Below are positions 34,419 to 46,057 of a stretch of 64,000 bases of DNA, one piece after another; the stretch's first letter is position 1; every line of letters begins with the position of its first letter. Location: the sequence record OR836606.1; one strand, given 5' to 3'. Under the pieces are notes generated by a model. The model saw nothing but the letters and a program-made list of their open reading frames with translations, searched no databases and had not been told where the DNA came from. This DNA comes from Staphylococcus phage LY01. The translations under genes and the position numbers were made by a program.

Positions 34419-37406
34419 TTATGAAATTGAATAAGTTATATTAACTACATCATCATAAGATAAACCTAAATCAATAACAGTTGTTCCATCCTCTGTATCT
34501 TCATTTCTTACTTCAACTTTATTATCTTTAAGAGATTTTTTGATATTAATAAATTCAGGGACGTATTCAATAATTTCTTGTTTACTTAGATCCATATAGT
34601 TTATATTAGTATTAATTAATTTTTGATAATGATTATCAACTTTCTCAGAATATTTTCCTGAAATGCCATTAAATACTATATATTTGATTATATCAAAATT
34701 TTCTTCTAATAGTCTGATTAGGTTAGATATAGGTAGGACTCCTTTTTCGTTACATGCTTCAACGAAATCAGAAATATAACGTTTAATCTCACCGTCTAAG
34801 AAATCATTAATAGGTGCATATAGTGTAATATCTAAATCTAGTAATATATCAGTTCTAGAGATATATTTATTAACTAAACTATCATCATCTAATTCTTTAT
34901 CCAAATAATAATTATTAGATGGTCCTTTAGTATTATAAAGTTTCATATCTATACTAGTATTATTTTGTAATCTAGGAATAGCATCTTCTAATATTTCTTT
35001 ATAACTTTCTAAGATATTATAGACTTCTTCATAATTATTCATAAAGTATCCTAATGAGAATAAAGGTACTAATTCAACTTTACAGCTATCTTCATTCATA
35101 GATACCGTACTACTCATTACTTGTGACATGTCTTTATAAATAGAAACTCCTTCAAAAGTTTCCATAGAACAAGCCAATGTGTAATCTCTAATTTCATCAT
35201 CTCTATGGTTAGGAAATTCATCTTTAAAGAAATTCATTTCATCAGATATATCAAGATCGTTGAAATATCTCATATCTTCATCTTTATAGAGTAAACCTAA
35301 TTTAACTACAAATTTTTCATCTATAAATACATTATCTTGCACTATGCCTTTATCGTTATAAAGTGAATCCGTTATAGATAATTTTCCATTATGGAAAGAT
35401 CTATTAGTAGATATCATCCCTGAATATAAAGAAGATTTATCTACAGTTGAATCTGATTCATCAATAATATTATTTTCAGACTCAATATTTTCTTCTGGAT
35501 TTAATTCAAAGTAACCATATCTTTCACCGGTTTCTTGAGAAATTAGTACAGCTCTAACTTTTAATAAGTCTTTCATTTCTTGAAGTGAACTATCCATGCC
35601 AATTTCTAAACTAAATTTAAATGTATCTGATTCCAAAGTATTTTTGAAATCATTTAATTTTTCTACATATAAATCAGTAGTCGTAATATTGTTAGGTATT
35701 AAATCATTAATATATTTATATTCAGTAGTAAATAGATCATTTACATGAAGCTTATAATAATTAGTAGATAAGAAAGGATATTTATTAATTTTAATTAAAT
35801 AAGGATTTACATAATATAAAGAATCTTTATCTTTTTCAAATTTCTCTTTCTCATCAACATCATCTAAGCCTTTTTCAATATGAATGTATTTTTTACTTTC
35901 TTGATCATATTTAAATAAGCTGTTTTCCGGTATTACATAGCCATCTTCTTCATTACCTAATGAAGTATTTCCTTCAAAATACTGTTTAGGGAATTCTATA
36001 TAAGGAGCAGTATTTGTAGGCATTACTTTACTATCACTGTCCCTCAATAATAGAAAAGCATTATACATACGTGTATAAAGATCATTACGTTTTTTAATGA
36101 AGTTAATAAATGAGTTATTAATATTGTTGTTATCATTAACATCATTAAAATAGTTTTTGATATCAAAATCAGTAATAATATTATCTCTAGTAATGGCTTT
36201 ATTGATTATTCTTCTTTTTTCAGTGTAAACATCTGGTCTATTCTGACCATCAACTGAATTACCTTTAGGAAGAATAGTTATTGGTACTTTTTCGAATGTA
36301 TTATCAGAATCTAAAGCCACATTTAAACTATCATTATAACTAAAGTTACCTCTTTCACCTTTAGTTGTTAAAGTCTCTACAATAACTTTACTATTGGCTT
36401 TAGGTCTAAAAGAATTAGCCATGTTTGAAAACGAAATTTCTAATGAGTTATTATCTTTAAAATTATAATAACAGAAAGGATTGTCGGTATCTGGAGTAAA
36501 AGTATTATTGAAATAAGTTTCCATAGGTTTTCTTACACCTAAGTATTCATAGAACACATTAAACCCGGCTAATTGATTTTCATAACTAACATTGAAATAA
36601 ATATTTTCAGCAATATCGTTACTAGTTATATTGAATTCTTTAGAAACTCTTTCTATTTGGTATAAATCTAAAGAGAAATACATATAATCTATACCATTTA
36701 TTATATTCTTAGTTACTTTAATATTATTATCTAAAATAGAAGAAAATTTAAATAGATCATTATCTATGTCATATCTCGCTGTGATTTTATAATCTATCGC
36801 ATCTTTTCCATCTCTAGTTATCGGATATTGTTTTAATACCATTGATACATCATAAGGTAAACAATATTTAAAACTACCTATCGTAAAATCTTGGTCTTTA
36901 GATAATTTTATCTCATAAGTTTTTAATGATTTCTTTTTATCAATTTCTTGAGTAGATACAATCTCTCTAGAAGGTAATTTTAATAAATCATCTTTTCTAA
37001 TAACAAAATCTACTTTAAAATTAGCAGGCTTAGCCATTTGAATAGGTACATTATACAATTTGGCAAAATTGTATATAGACATAGGAATAGAAGCTGTATT
37101 TAAGAATAATTCATCATATAATACGTTTCTATGATATATAGCATTTTTAATTTCATGTGAATTAATTTCATTAATATAGCCGAATAAACCAGCTTTTAAT
37201 AATGAAATTAGATCTTCATCTTCATTATCATCTATAGGAGTATTTTCAGTATCAATTTCAAAGAATTTAGTAGCCATATTAAACCACTTATCTTTAACAT
37301 CATATGAAGTGCTTCCTATCTTAATAACACTTTCAGTATCTATTTTAGCATTATTAAGGAAATCTATTTTCTCTTGTTCATTAGAGAAATACTGTGTTAT
37401 AGCCAT
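34419..37406 (-). CDS. hypothetical protein (995 aa), probable structural protein
   Basis: 3 kb ORF. Confidence 0.55.
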   Translation of the reverse strand: MAITQYFSNEQEKIDFLNNAKIDTESVIKIGSTSYDVKDKWFNMATKFFEIDTENTPIDDNEDEDLISLLKAGLFGYINEINSHEIKNAIYHRNVLYDELFLNTASIPMSIYNFAKLYNVPIQMAKPANFKVDFVIRKDDLLKLPSREIVSTQEIDKKKSLKTYEIKLSKDQDFTIGSFKYCLPYDVSMVLKQYPITRDGKDAIDYKITARYDIDNDLFKFSSILDNNIKVTKNIINGIDYMYFSLDLYQIERVSKEFNITSNDIAENIYFNVSYENQLAGFNVFYEYLGVRKPMETYFNNTFTPDTDNPFCYYNFKDNNSLEISFSNMANSFRPKANSKVIVETLTTKGERGNFSYNDSLNVALDSDNTFEKVPITILPKGNSVDGQNRPDVYTEKRRIINKAITRDNIITDFDIKNYFNDVNDNNNINNSFINFIKKRNDLYTRMYNAFLLLRDSDSKVMPTNTAPYIEFPKQYFEGNTSLGNEEDGYVIPENSLFKYDQESKKYIHIEKGLDDVDEKEKFEKDKDSLYYVNPYLIKINKYPFLSTNYYKLHVNDLFTTEYKYINDLIPNNITTTDLYVEKLNDFKNTLESDTFKFSLEIGMDSSLQEMKDLLKVRAVLISQETGERYGYFELNPEENIESENNIIDESDSTVDKSSLYSGMISTNRSFHNGKLSITDSLYNDKGIVQDNVFIDEKFVVKLGLLYKDEDMRYFNDLDISDEMNFFKDEFPNHRDDEIRDYTLACSMETFEGVSIYKDMSQVMSSTVSMNEDSCKVELVPLFSLGYFMNNYEEVYNILESYKEILEDAIPRLQNNTSIDMKLYNTKGPSNNYYLDKELDDDSLVNKYISRTDILLDLDITLYAPINDFLDGEIKRYISDFVEACNEKGVLPISNLIRLLEENFDIIKYIVFNGISGKYSEKVDNHYQKLINTNINYMDLSKQEIIEYVPEFINIKKSLKDNKVEVRNEDTEDGTTVIDLGLSYDDVVNITYSIS

Positions 37407-37429
37407 TTACTACTTTCAACTCTCTTTCT

Positions 37430-38398
37430 TTATAAAAATCTTAATCTATATTTAGGTTTAGCTTTATCTTCTTTTCTTTGTCCCGCAACGATATAAGGGT
37501 TACCCGTATTAACTGGATACATTTCATCATAATCTAATTTTATACCCATAGTTGCATTATTAATATTAGCTCTAATAGGTTCAGTTCCAGAAGCATTAGC
37601 TATACTAGTAGACATTGTTGAAACTGAATTAAAGTCAACTAATATATCAGGATTCATATCTTCTTTATATGAATAAGCAAAATTAACTGAAACGTGAGGA
37701 ACTTCTGGGTCATCTCCAATATTTTGTGAGAATATATCATAAGGTACATTTATAGGGAAACATCCAGTATACTTAGAATAATGTAATACAGTTTCACCAT
37801 CAAAGTCTAATAAGAAATAATATATAGAACTAGTATAATCTATATAACGTTTATTTTTAGCATCATCTGAAGGAAATAAATAACCTCTAGTTACGCCTTC
37901 TATATATTCACTCCAAGCTTTAATTAAGTGTATAACATCTATTTCTTTATTTTCTTCAAAATCTACAGCTATTTCTCCACCAGCAACTGAATTAACTGTA
38001 CCTATTGGTAAATGCTGTTTATATCCGTAAAATGTTTCATGAAATTCTTTCATTGTTGTTTGTGTATCGGGAATAGATATCCCCATGAATCTATTTGAAA
38101 GGATTGGGATGAAAGGTCTACCTGAGCTTAAGGCACCGTTATTACTAAAATTTAAGCTTTTTAATAAATCAGGTTTAACTGATCTTAAATAAAGAAAGAA
38201 ACTTTCTCTCCCTATATTTTCTTCTACCAGATTTATTCTAGGTGCTGTTATGAAAATAAAAGGTAATCCTTTATTAAATATTTCTGAATTTTTATCTTTC
38301 ATTCTATATGGATTAAAGGATTTTATTTCTTTTATATCTCCTTCTTCTTTTAATGCTTTTTTAAACTTTTCTTCCGTAGTTTTCTTATCTTCAGCCAA
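37430..38398 (-). CDS. hypothetical protein (322 aa)
   Basis: Long ORF. Confidence 0.5.
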   Translation of the reverse strand: MAEDKKTTEEKFKKALKEEGDIKEIKSFNPYRMKDKNSEIFNKGLPFIFITAPRINLVEENIGRESFFLYLRSVKPDLLKSLNFSNNGALSSGRPFIPILSNRFMGISIPDTQTTMKEFHETFYGYKQHLPIGTVNSVAGGEIAVDFEENKEIDVIHLIKAWSEYIEGVTRGYLFPSDDAKNKRYIDYTSSIYYFLLDFDGETVLHYSKYTGCFPINVPYDIFSQNIGDDPEVPHVSVNFAYSYKEDMNPDILVDFNSVSTMSTSIANASGTEPIRANINNATMGIKLDYDEMYPVNTGNPYIVAGQRKEDKAKPKYRLRFL

Positions 38399-38541
38399 TC
38401 TCTTTTACACCACCAATCATTATTTTTAATAAGGCTATGTTAAAGTAGATTTTCTGCAATAAATTAATTTATAAATTTATATTATAATTATGAAGTTGAT
38501 AATTATTATCAGCTAATTTAAATAAAAAGGATGGATTTAAA

Positions 38542-38988
38542 ATGTTAAATAAAATTAGAGAAATTAAAAATAGTAGAAAATTAGAGAAACAAAGAAAATT
38601 TCAAGAAGAATTAAAAGAAAAAGAAAGAATTGAAAGATCTCTAAAAGAGCAAGAAGAAAGACGTATAGCTGAAATAAAAGCTAGAGAAAAAGAAACAAGA
38701 GCTTTCTTAGAAAAAGAAGGTCTAATTAAATCTTATTTTGATAGATCTGTAAATGTAGACTACCAAGAAGCCAAACAATATCTTTTAAGAAACGGATTTA
38801 ATTGGTCTGACTTAAAAAGAATGAATAATTATAAGATATTTTTAGAAGCAAATTCATTAGTTGAATATAAGGCTAGGAAAGAAAATGTAAAAATAGAAAC
38901 TATAAAAGATGTTATTAGAGAGAAAAAATTATTAGAAGATCAAATAAAAGCAAAAATACACAACGATTATTTTGGAAGTTTTAGATAA
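38542..38988 (+). CDS. hypothetical protein (148 aa; K/E-rich coiled coil)
   Basis: ORF with RBS AAAAGGATGG. Confidence 0.5.
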   Translation: MLNKIREIKNSRKLEKQRKFQEELKEKERIERSLKEQEERRIAEIKAREKETRAFLEKEGLIKSYFDRSVNVDYQEAKQYLLRNGFNWSDLKRMNNYKIFLEANSLVEYKARKENVKIETIKDVIREKKLLEDQIKAKIHNDYFGSFR

Positions 38989-39016
38989 AAAAAAAAATAA
39001 AAAAGGGTGATTTAAT

Positions 39017-39514
39017 ATGTACAAAAGAATAACTGCAAAAGAAAAAGAAGAATTATATGGAAATTCAAATCGTTTTATTGATGAAAAATTTAAGATTGAT
39101 GTTTTTATAGAACTAAACAAAATGTTAAAAATGGGAATTGAAAATTGTAACTTATCTTTTAATAAATTGGCGGATACAGAACTAAATAATACTGGTAGAG
39201 AATTAGAATATTTAAATATTGAAGATATAAAAACGAAAACTAAGAAAGCTGTAGGTTTTACTGGAAAATTATTTGCAATAGATCAATTTGACAACCTTTA
39301 TTATACAGCAGGTAATACAGAATTTTATAAATTTGATTTAAATTTAACAAAATTCAGTAGAAATAAATTAGAAAAGAAAATTAAAAAGATGAAAATAGAA
39401 AATAGTCATTTACTTGATAATGGTTATATTAGAAATATTAAATATTCATTTGTAATTTACAATAAAAAAGGTGAGCCTGAATTTGATAGAAATTATTTTG
39501 AAAATAATTATTGA
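39017..39514 (+). CDS. hypothetical protein (165 aa)
   Basis: ORF with RBS AAAAGGGTGA. Confidence 0.5.
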   Translation: MYKRITAKEKEELYGNSNRFIDEKFKIDVFIELNKMLKMGIENCNLSFNKLADTELNNTGRELEYLNIEDIKTKTKKAVGFTGKLFAIDQFDNLYYTAGNTEFYKFDLNLTKFSRNKLEKKIKKMKIENSHLLDNGYIRNIKYSFVIYNKKGEPEFDRNYFENNY

Positions 39515-39544
39515 TTGAGGAAAATTAGTCTTATAATATTCATC

Positions 39545-39580
39545 GATAAGGGGGAATAAATCCCTCTTATTTTTTTTGTA
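39545..39580 (+). terminator. Hairpin ataaggggg..ccctcttat followed by T8
   Basis: Stem plus T-run. Confidence 0.55.
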
Positions 39581-40191
39581 AATAATTTTTAAATATATAT
39601 TATAAAAGTGAGAAGTTAAGAAATTAACTTCTCATTAATATACTATATTCTACTAAGATATATAAATATGCCGATTCATTTTTAGATCCCCTATACTAAA
39701 ATGAATGGAAGTATAAAATAACAAAATGTGGACAGAGTGAGTTAAACAATAAAAAGATTACCAAATGACATTAGGTCAACAATCAAAAAAGTCATATCTA
39801 TTGTATTTAAGGTGGTTAGACCGTTCACACATATTTATGTCATATATTAAATAGTAGCAATATAAATGGGGAGAGATTCAAAAATTGAATAAAGAAGATT
39901 ATTTGGAAAGAAAAATTAAAGATTTGGAAAATAGAATAAAAGAAATAGATGATAAAGGACATTTTTATGGAGTAGATAACTTTATAAATGATCATATACT
40001 ATCTAATTATAAATAAAGAATTACTTCTCGAATATAATAGATATTCAAAAATAACTCACTCATACAAAATTTAGTTATCGTGTCTTAGTTGATACGATAA
40101 CTAAATTTATTTTTTTTTACTTTTTTATTGATTTTCATGATCAAACATATCTTTATAAAAATAATAAGAAAAAGAAAGGCGGAAATATAAA

Positions 40192-41661
40192 TTGGTCAAT
40201 AAAGTAAACCTATTTACAGATGTTATTTCTTTACTAAGAGACTCAACACCTGGTAAAGTAAGAGATAACTATGATAAAAATAAACCAAGAAAACGTTCAA
40301 TGAGATCTAGAGCAGGAGATTTCATTTTACAGTTTCCTTTAGTTACATCTGATACTATAGAGCAAGATACAGTTGAATTAATGAGAAACCAATTAGAATT
40401 AGAAAGAGCTTTTGAATTTGATTTTGTATTAACGAATTCACCCTTACAAACTTTTGATCCGAAAGATCCTACTTCATTTATGTCTGATTTGCATAATAAT
40501 GTAAATTTATCTGAAAGTACAAGAGAGGATATTAAAAGATCCAATGATTATTTATTAGAAACTCCTGAAGAAAAATTTAATATGAATTCTTTAAATGATA
40601 TGACTATCACTAGAGAAGAAATGAAAGAACTATTAAATGAATCAAATAGTGGTTATGTAGTAGAAGTCAATGGTGTAAAATATGATATTAGATTTGATAT
40701 AAATGATTTTGAATTATCAAAAAATACAAATAAAACTTATAATTTAGAAATATTTGAAGTTAAAGATGGTAAAGGGAAAGAATTTAAATTTAATAATATG
40801 TCAGAAAGTTCTAATAGAAATATAAATTCAGTATTTGACGGTAGATTAAAATCAAGTAACGGCAGCACTATGGAAAAAAATTCTGAATTAAAAAGAAAAT
40901 TCAGTGAAAATTATAAAGGTCAAATTACTAATACTATTAAAGATACAGAAAGAGATAATTTTGGAGCAAAAGTTACTATAGATAAAGAAAAAATAAATGC
41001 TTCTTTACCTACTACGATAACAACTACAATTAACTATGTACCTGCAGATAAAAACGGTAATCCTCTTCCAGCTTCAAATTATATACAAAAAGATACTAAA
41101 TTCGGTGTTAAGACAGTAGTTCATGTTGTTAAAACTGAAGACATCATTTTCTATCTTTCTGATAAATCTCGTAGTTCAAACTTAGTAACTAAATTAGTTA
41201 AATTTACTACAGGTGAATTACGTTTAGTTAAAGATTTATTATTAGATGCTGATAAAGTTAAGAAAATTGCACAAGATTCCAAAAAAGGACGTTCTGGAGC
41301 TATCTGGAACAAATTAAATTCTCTTTATACAGTTAATAAAGCTTCTAATGTAGCTAAATCAGCTAAAGCAAACTATGTTCCAACAACAGCTTTAATGATT
41401 ACTATTGATGAAGTTCAAGAAGTTAAACGTAAAACCGGCGTGAACTTATTATCTGACCGTAGAGCTGCTAAGAAAATTTATAATGAATTCTTCTTATTAG
41501 ACTTTATCGTAATAGATCAAACTAGAGAATTAGTTTATAAATATTTACCAGATCATAACAAATTTGAAGTTGTTAAAGAAAGTAAACTTGGTGCTTACAA
41601 AGTTAAGAATAACCAAAAAGATTTAACTTCTGAAATGCTTGAAAAATTATTAAAACGTTAA
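40192..41661 (+). CDS. hypothetical protein (489 aa), possibly a virion structural protein
   Basis: Long ORF. Confidence 0.5.
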   Translation: MVNKVNLFTDVISLLRDSTPGKVRDNYDKNKPRKRSMRSRAGDFILQFPLVTSDTIEQDTVELMRNQLELERAFEFDFVLTNSPLQTFDPKDPTSFMSDLHNNVNLSESTREDIKRSNDYLLETPEEKFNMNSLNDMTITREEMKELLNESNSGYVVEVNGVKYDIRFDINDFELSKNTNKTYNLEIFEVKDGKGKEFKFNNMSESSNRNINSVFDGRLKSSNGSTMEKNSELKRKFSENYKGQITNTIKDTERDNFGAKVTIDKEKINASLPTTITTTINYVPADKNGNPLPASNYIQKDTKFGVKTVVHVVKTEDIIFYLSDKSRSSNLVTKLVKFTTGELRLVKDLLLDADKVKKIAQDSKKGRSGAIWNKLNSLYTVNKASNVAKSAKANYVPTTALMITIDEVQEVKRKTGVNLLSDRRAAKKIYNEFFLLDFIVIDQTRELVYKYLPDHNKFEVVKESKLGAYKVKNNQKDLTSEMLEKLLKR

Positions 41662-41838
41662 TTACTAGAAACAGTCATTATATAATAAGATATATTTCTT
41701 AATCTGAATAAATTAATGAAATTATATTTAGAACAAAAATTTATAAAATATAAAATGAAAATTTATATTAGCGTGTAGGTTTCATTTATTATTTTATTAT
41801 ATTTGTATTAACTCCTAGAAAGGAAGTGGAGATTCCCT

Positions 41839-42927
41839 GTGGAACTTCTTGAAAGAAAACATCTTCTAACTGAAGATGCAATTACACAAAGAGTTTTACA
41901 GGAATTCTCTTTACCATTCAGACCTTTTAAAAGATTAGAACCAGAAGAAAAAATGGAAGCTCTTTCGGTCGCAATCTCTAAAACGTCTGAAAAAATGTTG
42001 AAAAAATCTGGAAATAAAAATTTAAAATCGATCCTTTCTAGTAAAGGCGATTTTAAAAAGGTTAAAGCTTATAAAGATTTTGAAAAGACTTTTAATTACA
42101 TAAAGAGTCAAAAATCTAATAGTTTTGATCCTAAACTTATTTCCGTTTTTGATACTATTGAGAATTCTGTAAACTTACTTGAAAAAGAAAAAAATAACTT
42201 TAAAAAATGTTTTAATAATGGTAATGAAGTTGGTCAATTAGTTTATATTACTTTAGCATCATCGGTATTATTACTTACAACTCAATTATTCTTCTTAGGA
42301 TTCAATAATGAAGAAGGTAAATTAAAATTTGAAGGTAGTAAATTGAAAAAGAAAGAATCAGCTCAAGTAGATGCATTGGAAAATGTATTAACTATATATA
42401 AAAATGGTAAATTGAAAGAAATTTTTAAAGCTGATGGTTCTTATATTTCTACAAATGAAGGATTTAGTTTTAATGATGTTAAAAATGCAATTAAAGATAT
42501 TGATTTTAAAAAAATAGGTAAAGATATTGAAGCCAATAAACTAATTGGTAAAATAGTTAATTCAGATAAAAAATTAGGCGTTACTAGCAAAGTTGCTATT
42601 AGTGCTGCTGGTTTAGTCACTTTTTATGCTGTTTCAATAATTACTCTTTGGGCAATTAAGCAATCTTATATTCAAATTGTAAAAACCCGTTCAGATATCG
42701 CTGAGTATTTACGTGAAGCTGTTAAAATTATTGAAAACGAACAAAATAATGATTTATCAGATAGAGTACGTGAAAAACAAAATAAAGCTACTGAACGTTT
42801 AAATAAATTAGCTGATAAAATTGATATTGATTCCGGAGTAGCTGAAGTTCAAGCTAAATCAGAATCAGAACAAATCGATGCAGAAATAGGGAAAGAATTA
42901 GAAACTGATTTTAATATTAGTTTCTGA
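41839..42927 (+). CDS. hypothetical protein (362 aa; one internal hydrophobic helix)
   Basis: Long ORF. Confidence 0.5.
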   Translation: MELLERKHLLTEDAITQRVLQEFSLPFRPFKRLEPEEKMEALSVAISKTSEKMLKKSGNKNLKSILSSKGDFKKVKAYKDFEKTFNYIKSQKSNSFDPKLISVFDTIENSVNLLEKEKNNFKKCFNNGNEVGQLVYITLASSVLLLTTQLFFLGFNNEEGKLKFEGSKLKKKESAQVDALENVLTIYKNGKLKEIFKADGSYISTNEGFSFNDVKNAIKDIDFKKIGKDIEANKLIGKIVNSDKKLGVTSKVAISAAGLVTFYAVSIITLWAIKQSYIQIVKTRSDIAEYLREAVKIIENEQNNDLSDRVREKQNKATERLNKLADKIDIDSGVAEVQAKSESEQIDAEIGKELETDFNISF

Positions 42928-42969
42928 TATTAAAAATTTAAATTATAAAATAATGGAGGAAATTATATA

Positions 42970-43821
42970 ATGTTACAAAATCAATCATTCGAAACTACTA
43001 TTTTAGAAGAGCAATTGTCTACTTCTGAAAATGAACTTATGGTATTGGAAGAGTTCAATGCTTTAAATGAAGCGGTAGAAACACAAGAAAAAGATGGAAA
43101 AAGTCTTGGTGTTAAAGCTAAAGAATTTTTCATTAAAGTTATTAAGGCTATTAAAGAAGCTCTTAAAAAATTTATGAATTTCTTTGTTGATGCTTTCAAT
43201 AAATTATTCTCTCGTTTCAATAAAATTGAAGAATACATTAAACAATCAAAATTAGAAGGCACTGTAGATAAAGAAAAACAAGAAGAAGCATTTGTATTAT
43301 TAGCTAAGAAAGTTAACGTAAAAGCTTTCAACCCTGGTAATGCTAATATTGAAAAATCTGAACAAGAAATTAATCATTTACAATCTTTGCTTGGTTCAGA
43401 GAAGAGCGCTTCAAATTCTATTTATGATGCTAGAATTTTAAAAGATAAAGCTTCAGTGGAAAGCGCTATGAAAGATTCTCGTGTAAATATGAATGTTATT
43501 AAAAGCGCTGCTAAAAGTATTCAACAAGGTGCTAAATCTGTAGAAGCTAGTGCAAAAGAAGGTATCCAAGCTTCTGGTAAAGATAATAAAGAATTAATTA
43601 AACAAAAACAAGCAGAAACTAAACTTAAAAATAAAGGTGTAGCTGTTGCTCGTAGATTTGCTTCATTGGCTATTAGTAATAACAATGAAGTATTAGTTAA
43701 ATCTTATAAAGTAGCTAAAGCTATTTCTTCTCAAAATAAAGCTTCACAAAAAGCTGGTAACAAAGCTGTAAAAGCTCAAAATAAAGATGCTGACAAAAAA
43801 GCTAAAGCTATGAATGCTTAA
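42970..43821 (+). CDS. hypothetical Ala/Lys-rich protein (283 aa), possibly scaffold-like
   Basis: ORF with RBS GGAGGAAATTATATAATG. Confidence 0.5.
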   Translation: MLQNQSFETTILEEQLSTSENELMVLEEFNALNEAVETQEKDGKSLGVKAKEFFIKVIKAIKEALKKFMNFFVDAFNKLFSRFNKIEEYIKQSKLEGTVDKEKQEEAFVLLAKKVNVKAFNPGNANIEKSEQEINHLQSLLGSEKSASNSIYDARILKDKASVESAMKDSRVNMNVIKSAAKSIQQGAKSVEASAKEGIQASGKDNKELIKQKQAETKLKNKGVAVARRFASLAISNNNEVLVKSYKVAKAISSQNKASQKAGNKAVKAQNKDADKKAKAMNA

Positions 43822-43844
43822 TATAAAATTTCTATGATATATAG

Positions 43845-43888
43845 GACCTAATACTCTTAATAATAGGGTATTAGGTCTTTTTATTTTT
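43845..43888 (+). terminator. Hairpin gacctaatac..gtattaggtc followed by a T-run
   Basis: 10-bp stem plus T-run. Confidence 0.65.
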
Positions 43889-43913
43889 AATAAAGAAAGG
43901 AGAAAGATTCTTC

Positions 43914-44648
43914 TTGTTAGAAAATAAAGATTATAATAATGAATTCTTAAAGGAAGAAATTGAAATTGTAAATGAATCATTAAAATTTAATATTGAATTA
44001 AATAATCTAAATGAATCTCCTGTTAAAGATTTCTTTCAAACTATTAAAGAATTTTTCCTAAATATACTGTCATTAATTAAGAATGGGTTAGTTAAATTTA
44101 TGAAGTTCTTTAATACTAATTTTAATAGAATTACAATTAAAACTAAATCCACACTTAAGAAAATTAAAAAGAATAAAGAAAAAATAAATAGTGTAATGAG
44201 TAAACTTTCAGGACCAGCTTCAGTATTTAGTATATGGAAAGCTACTGATTTAAGAAAGTATGAAAATACTTTAAATTATGCTGGCCACGATAGTTTCTCA
44301 ATGAAATATCATGACTTTGAAAAAGAATTAGAAGAAAATAATCATTATTTAGAAATACCATTAACAATGTCTATTGATTTAGAATATGTTGTTAGTAAAT
44401 CATTTGAACAGTTTAATGAAGCTAAATCATTTGCTAAATCATTTAAAATTTCAGCAGATACAATGAAATCCGCTTCAGAGACTTCAATTAAATTTGCTAA
44501 TAAAGAAATTGAAGAAGAAAAAATAAGAGAAAATCAAAGAATGGTTAATGATCTTAATAAACTTAATGTACTTTATAGAAAAGTAGTTAACAACGCTATG
44601 AAAAGTCATGTAGACGTATTAAACGATGTTCAAAAATACATTGATTAA
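43914..44648 (+). CDS. hypothetical protein (244 aa)
   Basis: ORF. Confidence 0.5.
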   Translation: MLENKDYNNEFLKEEIEIVNESLKFNIELNNLNESPVKDFFQTIKEFFLNILSLIKNGLVKFMKFFNTNFNRITIKTKSTLKKIKKNKEKINSVMSKLSGPASVFSIWKATDLRKYENTLNYAGHDSFSMKYHDFEKELEENNHYLEIPLTMSIDLEYVVSKSFEQFNEAKSFAKSFKISADTMKSASETSIKFANKEIEEEKIRENQRMVNDLNKLNVLYRKVVNNAMKSHVDVLNDVQKYID

Positions 44649-44659
44649 TAATTTTTTAT

Positions 44660-44700
44660 CCCAATACCTATTAACATTAGGTATTGGGATTATTTTTATC
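44660..44700. terminator. Hairpin CCCAATACCT-attaacatt-AGGTATTGGG (family 2), then a T-run. It overlaps the last codons of the convergent minus-strand gene.
   Basis: 10-bp stem. Confidence 0.55.
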
Positions 44701-45951
44701 GTTCTTAATAAATGTGTGATCAGTTATCTTTCTTAATGTAATATAATTTGATAAGACTAAGGCTTTATTTGCATTTTTATATTCTTGATTTATTGATAAT
44801 AATTCATAAAAACCGTTATAGTGTTTATAATATTCATTAAAGAATTCTATATCAAATTGCTTGAAAGTATCTTCCATAGTTAAATCAATATCATTTAATT
44901 GTATCTTTAATATTATATCTTTACTATTATTAAATTCTTTCTCTAAACTATAAGGATTATCATAAATATCATCATATACTTTAACTTTATTAATATGTCC
45001 ATTTCTATCTTCCATATCTCGGCGATATGTATTTAATTTAGTATATTCTGTTTCATTACTCATTCCAAATAAGTTAATTTCTGAACCAATTAGTTCATTA
45101 AATAGCCTTGTATTATCTACTAAAGATACATTATTAATTTTTGTTATTATATTTTTATTTCTAACTAAGTCATTTTCTTCAGATATTTGCTCGTAAGAAC
45201 CTTCTATAATTTCCTCATTAGTCTGATTTGAAGGGAATCTTATTTCTATTTTAACTTTACCTATTTCATTAGGATCAAATCCAGACATTGGTAAAATGTT
45301 CAGTCCTGTCTCATGATTAAACATCTTAATTTCTCTATTATATATGCCATATACGTCATCAATGAATTTTATATTATCATATACATTTGCAGGAAGCAGT
45401 ATAATCTGTTCGTATATTTTATTATTATCTATCTCGTGCAAGTATATTTTTCTATTTTTTAAATTACTTAGTAAATCAACAACCACTTCACTAACAGTAC
45501 AATTATTATAGATACCTGAAACTATAGGTTTGTTAGTTTTTAAAGTTTCTTCAGATATAGCAACTAATTCATATCTATCAAATAAATGTTTTTGATCTTC
45601 ATCAGTTCTAGTTACTCTATCATCATAATTAACTGGATTACTTAGATCCATTAACGGTTTTAGTATTATTTCTTCGTAAAAAGGAACGGATAAACTTTCG
45701 CTTTCAGAATCAGTAGTAATCATATCTGAAGCAAAAGAAAATACCACTTTATCTCTATCTTTATTAATTTTAATTATAGTTTCTTTAGGTAATCTTAATA
45801 TAAATCTATAGTATGGCATAATATATTCTTGGAAATTCATTTCTATTCTAGATCTTTTAATAAATTGAGATAAGTCATCAGTAGTTCCATCTGAATATAA
45901 TGCTATCAATTTTATATTAAATATTTTTTTGGTAATCAAGCTTTCTATCAA
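44677..45951 (-). CDS. hypothetical protein (424 aa)
   Basis: Long ORF. Confidence 0.5.
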   Translation of the reverse strand: MIESLITKKIFNIKLIALYSDGTTDDLSQFIKRSRIEMNFQEYIMPYYRFILRLPKETIIKINKDRDKVVFSFASDMITTDSESESLSVPFYEEIILKPLMDLSNPVNYDDRVTRTDEDQKHLFDRYELVAISEETLKTNKPIVSGIYNNCTVSEVVVDLLSNLKNRKIYLHEIDNNKIYEQIILLPANVYDNIKFIDDVYGIYNREIKMFNHETGLNILPMSGFDPNEIGKVKIEIRFPSNQTNEEIIEGSYEQISEENDLVRNKNIITKINNVSLVDNTRLFNELIGSEINLFGMSNETEYTKLNTYRRDMEDRNGHINKVKVYDDIYDNPYSLEKEFNNSKDIILKIQLNDIDLTMEDTFKQFDIEFFNEYYKHYNGFYELLSINQEYKNANKALVLSNYITLRKITDHTFIKNDKNNPNT

Positions 45952-46057
45952 TTTTTAATTCACCGACTTCCCGATACTTATTATTATAAGTGAATGTTAC
46001 TAGGTAATATCAATTTTTATAAAATTACAAATTAATATATAATTATATATTATAACA

